Notes under the pieces: model-generated
Databases searched by the model: none
The model's input: the letters and a program-made list of their open reading frames with translations, nothing else
What the model was told of the DNA's origin: nothing
Shown here: piece by piece, positions 29,034 through 38,545 of the stretch
Layout of the letters: each line of letters opens with the position of its first letter
How positions within the stretch are numbered: position 1 is the stretch's first letter
Program-made: the position numbers and the translations under genes
Virus record (IMG/VR): IMGVR_UViG_3300025168_000033
Span: 1-64,000 of that record
DNA: 64,000 nucleotides
Direction: 5' to 3' (one strand)
Source of the DNA: a virus

Positions 29034-32000
29034 TTACTGTAGTTCATCTATGTTTGAAACAGTTACATTAAGTCCACCCATCATAGAATTTTTAAGTGAT
29101 TGAATTTCTTTTGCAAATGCTGGATCTAATTTAACTACCATTCCATTTGAATCTTCTTCAGAATCGTCATTACCACCCATAAATATTTCACCTAGTCCTT
29201 GTAATTTATCAGTAATACCTGATCCTGATTCTGATGTAGTAGAATTTAATTCTTCTAAAAATTCACCTAATCTACTAAATCCTGCATCTAATGATTCGGA
29301 TATATTAGAACTAAGATTTTCTAAACCTGTATCAATTTCTGCAAGCTTTTGTAAGTTACAAAACATTTGATCCATAATAGTAAGTTTTTCAAGATCAATT
29401 CCATTTATTTCAGTTTTAAATATACCCATAGATTCACTCATATCATATAATGAATCTGCTACACTTTCCATACCACTAGCACTTTCACCAATATTTTTAA
29501 TATCCCAAGCAAAATAACCTAGATATTTCATTTGTTGATCTATATTTTTATTTGCAGATACATCAAATAATTTAAATATAGATCCGAATACCATTTTAAT
29601 AGCATCTTCAGTTTTCTTTAAATCTATAGATTGAAATACTTCTAGACCTTTAGCAATTTTTTCTAATTCCGCACCAGCACCTTTTACCTTGTCAATTCCT
29701 TCTTTAACTGGATTTTCTTCAATAGCAAATAATGTTCCCCAGAATCCGCCTTTCTTAACTTTTTTCTTTCTACCAATAGCAGCAAATGCCTCCTGAACAA
29801 ATCCAATAGATCTTGAAATTGCTCTTCCTAATGCTGACCAATTAATATCTTTCTCTATCATTGCTTGGAATTTTGTAAGGCTAGACGCAATAAGATCTAA
29901 TTCCTTACCAGCACCTGAAACAGATTTTATTCCTTCTTGAACTGCATTTTCTTTAATACCGAGTAATGATCCCCAGAATCCTCCAGCTTCAACCTTTTCA
30001 GCTCCACCAACAGCAGCAAATGCTTCTCTAATAAATCCAATTGTTGTAGATATAGCTTTACCTACTTTATCAAAATCTACTTCAGCTTCGACTAATGCTT
30101 GGAATGCTGTAAGTCCTTTAGCAATTCCTGTAAGTGCATCACCAGCATTCATCACAGAATCTATTCCTTCTTCAACTGCCGACTGTTTAATATCAAATAA
30201 TGATCCAAGGAATCCACCTTGTGCAACTGGTTCACCAGAACCAATTTCAGCAAAGGCTGTATTAATAAATCCAATTGTTGTAGATATAGCTTGTCCAAGT
30301 ACATCAAAATCTACCTCAGCATCAACTAATTCCTGAAATGCAATAAGCCCTTCAGCAATTCCAGTAAGAGCTTCACCCGCATCCATTACGGAATCTATTC
30401 CCTTTTCTGTAGCATTTGGACTAAATGTATTTCCAAATACAGCACCCATTAATCCACCTGGATTAGCAGCTTCACCACCAGCTTGAGCAAATGCAGCAGT
30501 TATAGACGATAATGCTAATGCCATTTTAGCAGAATCTTCTTCAGTAAAATCGACACCTTTAAATGCTTTAAGTCCTTTAGCTACCAGTATTAAAGCACCA
30601 CCGGCTGCAGCATATCCTGCGGCAGTAGCAATCATTTTACCACTGTCTAAAGCACCGCCTATCATTCCTTTAAATCCTTCCCATAATCCACCTTCCTTTT
30701 TTGGCGGACCCATAAATGCGAGCTTAACAGCTCCTAATGCAAATGTTAATTGTTTAGATTCCTCAGGACCAAATTTTACAGATGCAAACTTTTTTAATGC
30801 TTCCGCAATAATATAAATAGCTCCACCGGCTAAAATCATTGCAGCTGCACCGGCAGCAATAAATGGTGCGGCTAATCCAGCTAATCCCATTTCAACTCCA
30901 ATTGCAGCTACCGTAGCAGATACAAATCCTAAGAATTCCCAGCCACCCATTCCAGCGGCTCCTTGAGCAACTGCTAAGGATTCAGCAAATAATTTCATAG
31001 AGAATCCGATAATTCCTACCGCAATTCCAGATAGTATCATGACTAATGCACCTTTAGCTATTGCTTTTGCAAATATACCAGCAATTCCAAATGCAGCACC
31101 TATAACAACTACTGTTAATGCAACTGTAAAAACTTCTGCTACTTTAATATTCATTTTTTGAAATGCATATATTGAACCACCTATAGCTAATATAGAAAGA
31201 CTAGCAAAAATCATGGCTAACGATCCTTTCTTGATTGGCTTGTCAAATTTACCGATAATAGCAAATCCACCACCTATTACAACTACCGCAAGAGCAACTG
31301 AAAAAATAGATCCTATATCAATATTCAGAGCTTGAAATATAAATATTCCTAGTCCGATAGCTGCAACTGCAGCACCAGCAAATACAAATGCTTTTGCTGA
31401 TTCTTGCATTTCTTTACCACCGCCACCGAGTTTATTTAAAAGTATCATTGCACCACCAACTAATGAGATAGCTAAAGTACCTTTTACTATATCTGAAATA
31501 TCAACCATTTTAAATACTAAAAATCCAACTCCTAGAAAAAGCATTGCTTTACCTAGATGCTCTAATCCTTGAGTACCTTCTTGGAATTTTTTAACGTCTA
31601 TTTCTTCAAATAATTTACCTAATAAATATACAGCACCACCAACAAGTAACATTGCAGGAATTCCTATTAATATTAATGGTGTTGCTATTGCAGCAGCAAA
31701 TGCAAACTTAAGAATAGCCATTCCGAGACCGACTATATTTGCATTAAATTCCTTTGCATTTGCATTAAACTCTTTAGATTCATCATTAAGATTTCCTATT
31801 CCTTTTACAATTGAATCTATTACGCTATCGACCTTTTTATTATCAGCACCACCTAAAATCTTAACTAGTTCACCTATCCCAGAAAACATTTGATTGAATT
31901 CTTTACCGGAACCTTTACTTGCAGATATTTTAAGTTTACTACCTGAACTTTTGCCTACTTTTTTATCTATGCTTGTAAGTATTTCTACAGCATCATCTAA

Positions 32001-32075
32001 TAGATTATTATTGTCCTCCATTAAGACAGTAAATCTGTCAAATCCTGATATTAAAGCGCCTAATCCTTTGAACAT
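29034..32075 (-). CDS. tape-measure-like tail protein
   Basis: 1013 aa, Ala/Gly-rich helices and hydrophobic segments, four imperfect repeats (GGFxGxLF...EGIxSV); next to hub genes. Confidence 0.65.
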   Translation of the reverse strand: MFKGLGALISGFDRFTVLMEDNNNLLDDAVEILTSIDKKVGKSSGSKLKISASKGSGKEFNQMFSGIGELVKILGGADNKKVDSVIDSIVKGIGNLNDESKEFNANAKEFNANIVGLGMAILKFAFAAAIATPLILIGIPAMLLVGGAVYLLGKLFEEIDVKKFQEGTQGLEHLGKAMLFLGVGFLVFKMVDISDIVKGTLAISLVGGAMILLNKLGGGGKEMQESAKAFVFAGAAVAAIGLGIFIFQALNIDIGSIFSVALAVVVIGGGFAIIGKFDKPIKKGSLAMIFASLSILAIGGSIYAFQKMNIKVAEVFTVALTVVVIGAAFGIAGIFAKAIAKGALVMILSGIAVGIIGFSMKLFAESLAVAQGAAGMGGWEFLGFVSATVAAIGVEMGLAGLAAPFIAAGAAAMILAGGAIYIIAEALKKFASVKFGPEESKQLTFALGAVKLAFMGPPKKEGGLWEGFKGMIGGALDSGKMIATAAGYAAAGGALILVAKGLKAFKGVDFTEEDSAKMALALSSITAAFAQAGGEAANPGGLMGAVFGNTFSPNATEKGIDSVMDAGEALTGIAEGLIAFQELVDAEVDFDVLGQAISTTIGFINTAFAEIGSGEPVAQGGFLGSLFDIKQSAVEEGIDSVMNAGDALTGIAKGLTAFQALVEAEVDFDKVGKAISTTIGFIREAFAAVGGAEKVEAGGFWGSLLGIKENAVQEGIKSVSGAGKELDLIASSLTKFQAMIEKDINWSALGRAISRSIGFVQEAFAAIGRKKKVKKGGFWGTLFAIEENPVKEGIDKVKGAGAELEKIAKGLEVFQSIDLKKTEDAIKMVFGSIFKLFDVSANKNIDQQMKYLGYFAWDIKNIGESASGMESVADSLYDMSESMGIFKTEINGIDLEKLTIMDQMFCNLQKLAEIDTGLENLSSNISESLDAGFSRLGEFLEELNSTTSESGSGITDKLQGLGEIFMGGNDDSEEDSNGMVVKLDPAFAKEIQSLKNSMMGGLNVTVSNIDELQ

Positions 32076-32082
32076 TCACGTA

Positions 32083-32334
32083 TTATAATTTTATATTGGG
32101 CATGCTTGGAAACTTAGGCATGCTCATACCAGGTAGCTTTGGTGCACCTTTAGTATATTTATTCAACTGTGCCTGCGGATTTTGCATTTTATTTGCATTA
32201 TATCCTTCAGACTGTTCTGATTCAGCATCAGACTTCTTTTTAAGAAGTTCAGTTAAATTTTGAACTATATAATAATATCGCCAATAAGATAGTCTATCGA
32301 CCTCAGACGGTTGAAGTCTGAGGTGATAAAGCAA
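32083..32334 (-). CDS. gp51-like baseplate hub assembly protein, possibly reached by frameshift
   Basis: SEVDRLSYWRYY motif; no ATG start; frame stays open to 32409. Confidence 0.6.
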   Translation of the reverse strand: MLYHLRLQPSEVDRLSYWRYYYIVQNLTELLKKKSDAESEQSEGYNANKMQNPQAQLNKYTKGAPKLPGMSMPKFPSMPNIKL

Positions 32335-32347
32335 ATAGGTTTCAGTT

Positions 32348-33358
32348 TTATACCAATTCGTCAGAGAAATCTGAAATAACGAAAAGAGCTTTGATGCCTC
32401 CGGGAAACGTTATATCCGCTGAGATCTCCACACCACAGCTATTACATTTTGAATACATTTTAGTTTCAATACCCACTCTAGAATCATCACATAATTTTAA
32501 CATTAATGGAAATTTCTTCTTGGACCAGGTTGAATAATCTGCTTCTAATTGCTTAATTTTTTTAGCATTTAATCCTCGCCAATCAAGGCAAATATATGAT
32601 AGTATTTTAGCAAATGTTAAATCTAATTCTACACCTGCTTGACGTTGATCAGCAATATATGTTGAAATAGCTTGCATTATTCCTATTGTTGGCGGCTTAA
32701 TTTTTATTTCGCCGTAGGTTTTTGTCCTTACAACAAATAATTTTTCCTGTCCATCGTAATATTTTTTCATTGTAGAATTGATTTCAACAGACCTAAAATT
32801 ATCATTACTTAATTTCATGTTATTTTCATGTCCGTCACTACAAGATACCTTAAATGTTAATTCATTTTCAGGTTCAGGAAAAGTAAGCTTACGAATTTCT
32901 AAAAGTACATAGATTCTATCTTCTTCAAGAATATCTTTATATGATCCACCTCTGTCACCATAAGTAACTTTAGCACAAGATTTTAACATATTGTTAAAAG
33001 CTTCATCAATAGACATTCCATTAGATTCGTCAATTTCTGACCATTGTCTTACTTCCGGTGTATCACCGGCACGTATCATTAATTTAAATCCTGTATCGTA
33101 AAATAAAAATCCTTTACGAGCACTAGGTAAATTATTAACATCTATAAGTTGCCAACCATATTTATCAACAACATCCATGTGAGTTTCTTGTCTATACTCA
33201 TATTCTTTATTAGGCATTTTTCCAAATGATGTAACAGGTTCTTGTTCTTCAATCACAACTTTATCGGATTCATTATTTACCCCTCCTTGATAAGCATTGC
33301 CTAGTTTAGCTTCTTGCTCTTCAATATGTTTTTTCATTGCTTCGTCTTCTGTACTCAT
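32348..33358 (-). CDS. gp26-like baseplate hub / tail assembly chaperone
   Basis: LPS, DRIYVLLEIR, CxxxH, KPPT and CxxC; between tube and tape-measure genes. Confidence 0.7.
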   Translation of the reverse strand: MSTEDEAMKKHIEEQEAKLGNAYQGGVNNESDKVVIEEQEPVTSFGKMPNKEYEYRQETHMDVVDKYGWQLIDVNNLPSARKGFLFYDTGFKLMIRAGDTPEVRQWSEIDESNGMSIDEAFNNMLKSCAKVTYGDRGGSYKDILEEDRIYVLLEIRKLTFPEPENELTFKVSCSDGHENNMKLSNDNFRSVEINSTMKKYYDGQEKLFVVRTKTYGEIKIKPPTIGIMQAISTYIADQRQAGVELDLTFAKILSYICLDWRGLNAKKIKQLEADYSTWSKKKFPLMLKLCDDSRVGIETKMYSKCNSCGVEISADITFPGGIKALFVISDFSDELV

Positions 33359-33600
33359 TTCTTTGCTTTGTTTATTTTTAATTCTTCTAGATTTCGTATA
33401 AGTCTTTTTGCTTCTTCATCAACAAAAGATTTTTGATCTTCACCTTGATATTCTTTAATATGATTTAAAAGTAATTCTCTTATATATTGTGGTTGTGAAA
33501 TATGGTCTCCTCTAGAATAAGCTACTAAGTGAATTATTCTATTTAGCTTTGTTTCTTCCTCAGCCGATAGCATAGTTTGTAATTTTCTATCTCGTGACAT
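33355..33600 (-). CDS. small putative DNA-binding (RHH-like) protein
   Basis: KLQTMLS...SQPQYIRELL; late promoter at 33616-33624. Confidence 0.5.
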   Translation of the reverse strand: MSRDRKLQTMLSAEEETKLNRIIHLVAYSRGDHISQPQYIRELLLNHIKEYQGEDQKSFVDEEAKRLIRNLEELKINKAKK

Positions 33601-33879
33601 GATCAATTGTTTGAATTATATATCAAGAACAATATGATTATTTGATCAAATGAACATTATTTTATTGAGGCGTTTGAATCTTGTTATCTGATACTAACCT
33701 TTTCACTCATCTGATAACTATTATATACTTACGTGACACGCAATGTTTCAAAAAAATCATCTTTTTTAAAGATAGTTTTAAGGCGAATGATGACACTTCA
33801 AAAATTATTAAATTACCTATTGTCATATTATTTATAAGTCCTTAGAAGCCATCTTATAATACGTCATATATACCAGAAA

Positions 33880-33905
33880 GACCTGTACAAATAAATGTAC
33901 AGGTC
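33880..33905 (-). terminator. intrinsic terminator after the tail tube gene
   Basis: gacctgtaca / tgtacaggtc perfect 10-bp stem. Confidence 0.8.
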
Positions 33906-33928
33906 AAAAAATAAAAGTAAAAAAAATA

Positions 33929-34480
33929 TTATACCATTGATTCTGACCACCAGTCAGCTCTAAAATTCATTTCCATTCCTACAGGCTCAGCTGCATCATA
34001 AGCTAATGCTAATTCAGGAACATCTCCAGTTGGAAAGCATTCATGGAAAGTACGTACCCAAAAAATATCACCGGTTCTAGTATAGCATGTAACTATTATA
34101 GTTCCAATATAATCTTTTTTAAGTGATTGTTCACCCGTTAATGGATTCCAAATTAATCTCTTCCAGTCTCTAATTTTCTTGTATGTGTATACTTCGTTTC
34201 CTGCATTAAGATTTAAACTAAATCCTATTGTTAAATCACAAGTAGTTTTAGTTGGTACACCAGATGCATAACTTCTTGTTGCTTGCTTGTATTTTTGCTC
34301 TGCAACCTCTTGTCCTGGTTCAGTAATCAATCCACCAATTGAAGTAACATGTTCTAGTAAAAAACTTCCGTCTCCTACAGATGCAGGCGGCAAAATATTT
34401 ACTTCGAATAGGTTTCCATAAAATGGTTCATGTGCATTACGTGCAGCATTTGCGTTATTATAGTGTGGTAATCCAGCCAT
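33929..34480 (-). CDS. gp19: tail tube protein
   Basis: follows the sheath; NLFEV, DWKRLI, KKDYIG and FPT motifs; late promoter at 34504-34512. Confidence 0.85.
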   Translation of the reverse strand: MAGLPHYNNANAARNAHEPFYGNLFEVNILPPASVGDGSFLLEHVTSIGGLITEPGQEVAEQKYKQATRSYASGVPTKTTCDLTIGFSLNLNAGNEVYTYKKIRDWKRLIWNPLTGEQSLKKDYIGTIIVTCYTRTGDIFWVRTFHECFPTGDVPELALAYDAAEPVGMEMNFRADWWSESMV

Positions 34481-34560
34481 ATTGTAAGTTTATTTTAATT
34501 AATTTATATATCAAAAACTGGAAGTGATATTTCTATCACCTCCAGAATTTTAAGTATTGT

Positions 34561-37500
34561 TTATATGAAATCTCCAGTTGAGATAGCTCCAGTTTTAAGA
34601 ATAGTAGTTCTGTGAACCAATATTCCCATTCCTCTTGCAGGTTCTATGTAAGTATCAAGAATACCCATATTAGAATCAATTATATCTGCAGTGTTATTTG
34701 TTGAATCCATTATATTTTGGAAGTCATAAACACCAGAATCATTAAGAATCTGTCCAAGGAATCCATCAGCTAAAGTTTTAATCTCTAATCGATTTTGAGC
34801 AGTATTGAATTCCCATCTGTAGTTTTTCAATATAGCTTCAATTCCATCTTGAATGTAAATTATTAATTCTCTTACGTGAGCTTGAGATAAAGCAGATTTA
34901 ACTGATTGTTGTGCAGTTTGATTAGCGTTAATTACAAATCCTAATCCTTTCTTTGCAACAATTGCATTGATTCCAAATGGTTCAATGAAATCTAGATCAG
35001 CTCTATCAAAGTTGTATTCCAATCCAACAACTCCACCACCACCGATGACACCTCTTCTAGGTCCTGCAATGATTGACCAAGGCAGTGCAGAAGTAAATTT
35101 ATCAATGTATAGGTTAGATACCCATGCAGCTTGTGGAACCGAGATATTTTTACCTCTTTCTCTTACTATTAAGTTAGGTCCGTAGAATGCACAGAAGTTA
35201 CCACCTTCAGAATTTGGAGGCAATGAATATTGTACAGTCGGATTCAATGATTGATTTCCACCGTCAGCAATAAATCTAGCATCAAATTTCTTAGTAACAT
35301 CAGCCTTAAATAATGGATCCGTAGAATCTTTAAAGTTCTTAACCGACGGTGTATTTAATATTGCAAATGCGTTTTGTCTGTCTTTTGCAATTTTAGATAA
35401 CTTTGATTTTGAACTTCCTTCAATACCACCATTAAATGTGTCTATGATGTATCTAAAGTTAATTACATCTCTATCAATTAATGCATTTTTAATGTTAGTA
35501 GTATACATAACATTAAGAATTTCATTTTGTCGATCATTTTGTCCATTAGGGATCTGTGCATCTCTCATAGTGAATCCTTTAAGGGATTTCATTTTATAAT
35601 GAGTTGCAAAAGAATCTATTTCTTCATATTTTTCAATTGCGCCTGTAGCAGATGTTCTATAAATCGGTCCAAAAGCAGTAATAGTATAAATGTTCGTAGT
35701 AGAATTATAAGATACCGATTTTACTTTTGTTAATCTTGATTTACCGGTTATAGCATCTATATTAGTTGTTGTCCCAGTTGAAGTTCCACTTACTAAGTAA
35801 TCACCTTTCTTAATAACTCCAGCTGCTAGATTTGTACCAGAAACTCTAGCAACATTTTCAGCATCCGTTGCATTGTCTAGTACTGGACTAATAGTTTGAT
35901 TTAAGTTTCCAGTAAGTGTTTGTATAATCCACGGTCCGTTGGCATCAGTAGCAAATCCTGTTGTCATAGGAGTAGTAAATGCAGCATCAGTATAAGGAAT
36001 TAATTTTACATAATTTACTGGATGAGAAAATACTCCTAATGCTTCTCCGTCAGCTGTGCTTGCATTAGTACCTACAGCTAAAGTATATTGAGTAAATTTA
36101 ATCGGATAATTTACACTTCCAGTTCGATAATTATCACCAGTTGTAATTCCACCATTTGCCCAATCAGTATATAATCCTGAATCTTTAAATGCAATTAATT
36201 CTGTAGAATTGTCATCAACAAAATCTAATTGTGGAATAACATCAGGTAATGCATCTTCTGCAATAAATAGAAAGTTTGAACTAGAGCCAGCAATATAATT
36301 TCCAGCAGCACCTCCAGTAGTAATTTCAATTTGTATCGAGATTTTTTCCGTTGTTGCAGATACTGATTTTACTAATGCATGATTAGGAGCAGTTCCAGTT
36401 GCAGAAGTAGATAATGCAGAACATTCAACATAAGATTTACCAGCTGCTACTGCATTTACAAATGCAGTATATGCTGCAGTCGTTGCAAATGGAGATAAAA
36501 CTGAATTAGCAATAACTTCCGTAGAACCAGGTGCATAAAATGTAACAATATCAAAATGAGCTACAGAAGAATAACCCGCAGCGCCTGCTAAAGTAGTTGA
36601 TGCAGTTAATAAACCACCTTTTAATGAATTTAATGCAGATGAAACCGTTGCACCAGTTACCGCATTTGCAGTAGTATTAATAGCATTTTGTGTAGTATAA
36701 GAATTATCAGCCTTAATAGATCCTGAATAAGATAGGAAATTTAATGTGCTAATAGATCCATTTTCTATTTGATGTCCAATGAAATCAATCTCATCACCAG
36801 AAACATAAGCTCCAGCATCATCAAATTTAGATTTATCAATAGTACATAAAGCACCAGTAATAATTGAATCTGCATTTACCATATCCTCAATAAATAGGTT
36901 TGTACCATTTTTATCAACGAAATCTGGAATTATAGATCCGATATATTTTCCAAGAACTTTAACTTCTGGAAGATTTATAAATGAATCAATACCATCTATT
37001 TTAGTACCAAAATTATCTGTATATGTTTTCTTTAATCCTTTATCATCAAAATAAGGACCAAATACTGGATCATTTTGTAATGCGGCATTATTTGAATAAT
37101 CACCTTCAATAATTAATGTTTCTAGCATGTAATCAGATATTACATCTGCACCATTTAGAAATTCAGGTAATTCAGCAACACCATACCATTCTTTAGCAGT
37201 TATATCAAAACCAGTTACATCTGCCTTTCTTACTAATACCGAAATATTTTTTCTACCAACATTGGCAAAATTAAGTAAATTAGGTGTAGAATCTACTGAT
37301 TTTATATTTGCAAAAGCATCTTCTTCATCCAAGAACCAGAATTTATCACTATTGTAATAACCAGCCAAAGGAGCAGATTGAATTGCTTTATTAGCTGTAT
37401 CCGGTGCAGTAGAAAATGATATAAAATCAGTTTTATCTGTAGCGTCATTTAATGATAATAGGTTTAATACAATGATCGGACCTCTGTCAAGACATTGCAA

Positions 37501-37737
37501 TGCAGTTCTATGGAAGAACGAACCTTTTCTTTCTAATTTTCTATCAATATTTCCAAAAACTGATGTAAAAAATTCTGGGTCTGGAACAAATATTGGAGTA
37601 TTGAAAGGACCTTTCTTTGAGAATCCTACAACTAACCTGATAGTCTCAGCTGGTATACTAGCTGTTTGTGACTTATCAAAAGTTAACCTATATATGCCAG
37701 AGCTTTTAAATTGTTGTAAATTTGCGTCTATAGCCAT
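34561..37737 (-). CDS. gp18: tail sheath protein
   Basis: SSGIY, GFSKKGPFNTP, PWSIIAGPRRG, HVRELI and EFN; late promoter at 37758-37766. Confidence 0.93.
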   Translation of the reverse strand: MAIDANLQQFKSSGIYRLTFDKSQTASIPAETIRLVVGFSKKGPFNTPIFVPDPEFFTSVFGNIDRKLERKGSFFHRTALQCLDRGPIIVLNLLSLNDATDKTDFISFSTAPDTANKAIQSAPLAGYYNSDKFWFLDEEDAFANIKSVDSTPNLLNFANVGRKNISVLVRKADVTGFDITAKEWYGVAELPEFLNGADVISDYMLETLIIEGDYSNNAALQNDPVFGPYFDDKGLKKTYTDNFGTKIDGIDSFINLPEVKVLGKYIGSIIPDFVDKNGTNLFIEDMVNADSIITGALCTIDKSKFDDAGAYVSGDEIDFIGHQIENGSISTLNFLSYSGSIKADNSYTTQNAINTTANAVTGATVSSALNSLKGGLLTASTTLAGAAGYSSVAHFDIVTFYAPGSTEVIANSVLSPFATTAAYTAFVNAVAAGKSYVECSALSTSATGTAPNHALVKSVSATTEKISIQIEITTGGAAGNYIAGSSSNFLFIAEDALPDVIPQLDFVDDNSTELIAFKDSGLYTDWANGGITTGDNYRTGSVNYPIKFTQYTLAVGTNASTADGEALGVFSHPVNYVKLIPYTDAAFTTPMTTGFATDANGPWIIQTLTGNLNQTISPVLDNATDAENVARVSGTNLAAGVIKKGDYLVSGTSTGTTTNIDAITGKSRLTKVKSVSYNSTTNIYTITAFGPIYRTSATGAIEKYEEIDSFATHYKMKSLKGFTMRDAQIPNGQNDRQNEILNVMYTTNIKNALIDRDVINFRYIIDTFNGGIEGSSKSKLSKIAKDRQNAFAILNTPSVKNFKDSTDPLFKADVTKKFDARFIADGGNQSLNPTVQYSLPPNSEGGNFCAFYGPNLIVRERGKNISVPQAAWVSNLYIDKFTSALPWSIIAGPRRGVIGGGGVVGLEYNFDRADLDFIEPFGINAIVAKKGLGFVINANQTAQQSVKSALSQAHVRELIIYIQDGIEAILKNYRWEFNTAQNRLEIKTLADGFLGQILNDSGVYDFQNIMDSTNNTADIIDSNMGILDTYIEPARGMGILVHRTTILKTGAISTGDFI

Positions 37738-37800
37738 AATTTTATTGTTATTTTAGTTTATATATCATTTGTATGATTTGAAACTTTCATGTATGTGCAC

Positions 37801-37828
37801 AAAAAAGGTCGACAAAAATCGACCTTTA
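37801..37828 (-). terminator. intrinsic terminator
   Basis: aaaggtcga / tcgaccttt stem with a U-tract on the minus strand. Confidence 0.8.
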
Positions 37829-37870
37829 ATATTTTATGATTATTTTATTATTTAATATATCTGAGTCTTA

Positions 37871-38515
37871 TCAGTCTTCATTCATCTTTGGTTTTTCATG
37901 AACGTAACCTAATTTACTAAACTTTTCGTGATCTTCTTGAGTTTCTGCTTTATATTCCTTTCCAGACTTAGGACAGTACATCATATGAGGTTCAAAATCT
38001 TTTCCTTCATTAGTTTCATCGTCATCACCATGTTTCTTACCACATGATTCATTTACAAAAACACCTTTAGGTACATCCATTAAAGTAACAGTTTTTCCGT
38101 CCCATGATATTACACCTACAGTATTTTTTTTCTTATCTACAATATAATAAGTATCTTTGTCTTCATCACCACCTTCTAAATTATGATCATCGTTAGATAA
38201 CATATCTTCTAGTTGATTAATGTCACCATCAAATTTGAAACTATTTTTACCTTCGTTAACTGATTCATTTGCTTTATACCATTTTGACAATTTTTTAACG
38301 TCTTTAGGCTTTAATTTGCTTGTTGAATCTGTTAATTCATAAGTAATCTTAGCAATAAAGTCTTTCTCATTATTAGCAACCTTTAAGGTATCTTCTAATG
38401 AAGCTTCTATTTGATCGTAATCTAAGGTTACTGTTTTACCTTCATATTCTGAATCTATTGAAAATTCATGTGAACTTTCATTTAACCATTCTTCGTAGCT
38501 TTGTAAATTTTTCAT
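37871..38515 (-). CDS. capsid-targeted multi-module protein
   Basis: leader MKNLQSYEEWLNE; internal ANESVNE, VNE and TNE; late promoter at 38537-38545. Confidence 0.75.
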   Translation of the reverse strand: MKNLQSYEEWLNESSHEFSIDSEYEGKTVTLDYDQIEASLEDTLKVANNEKDFIAKITYELTDSTSKLKPKDVKKLSKWYKANESVNEGKNSFKFDGDINQLEDMLSNDDHNLEGGDEDKDTYYIVDKKKNTVGVISWDGKTVTLMDVPKGVFVNESCGKKHGDDDETNEGKDFEPHMMYCPKSGKEYKAETQEDHEKFSKLGYVHEKPKMNED

Positions 38516-38545
38516 TTGTATAATGCTTTTGTTTTATTATATATC

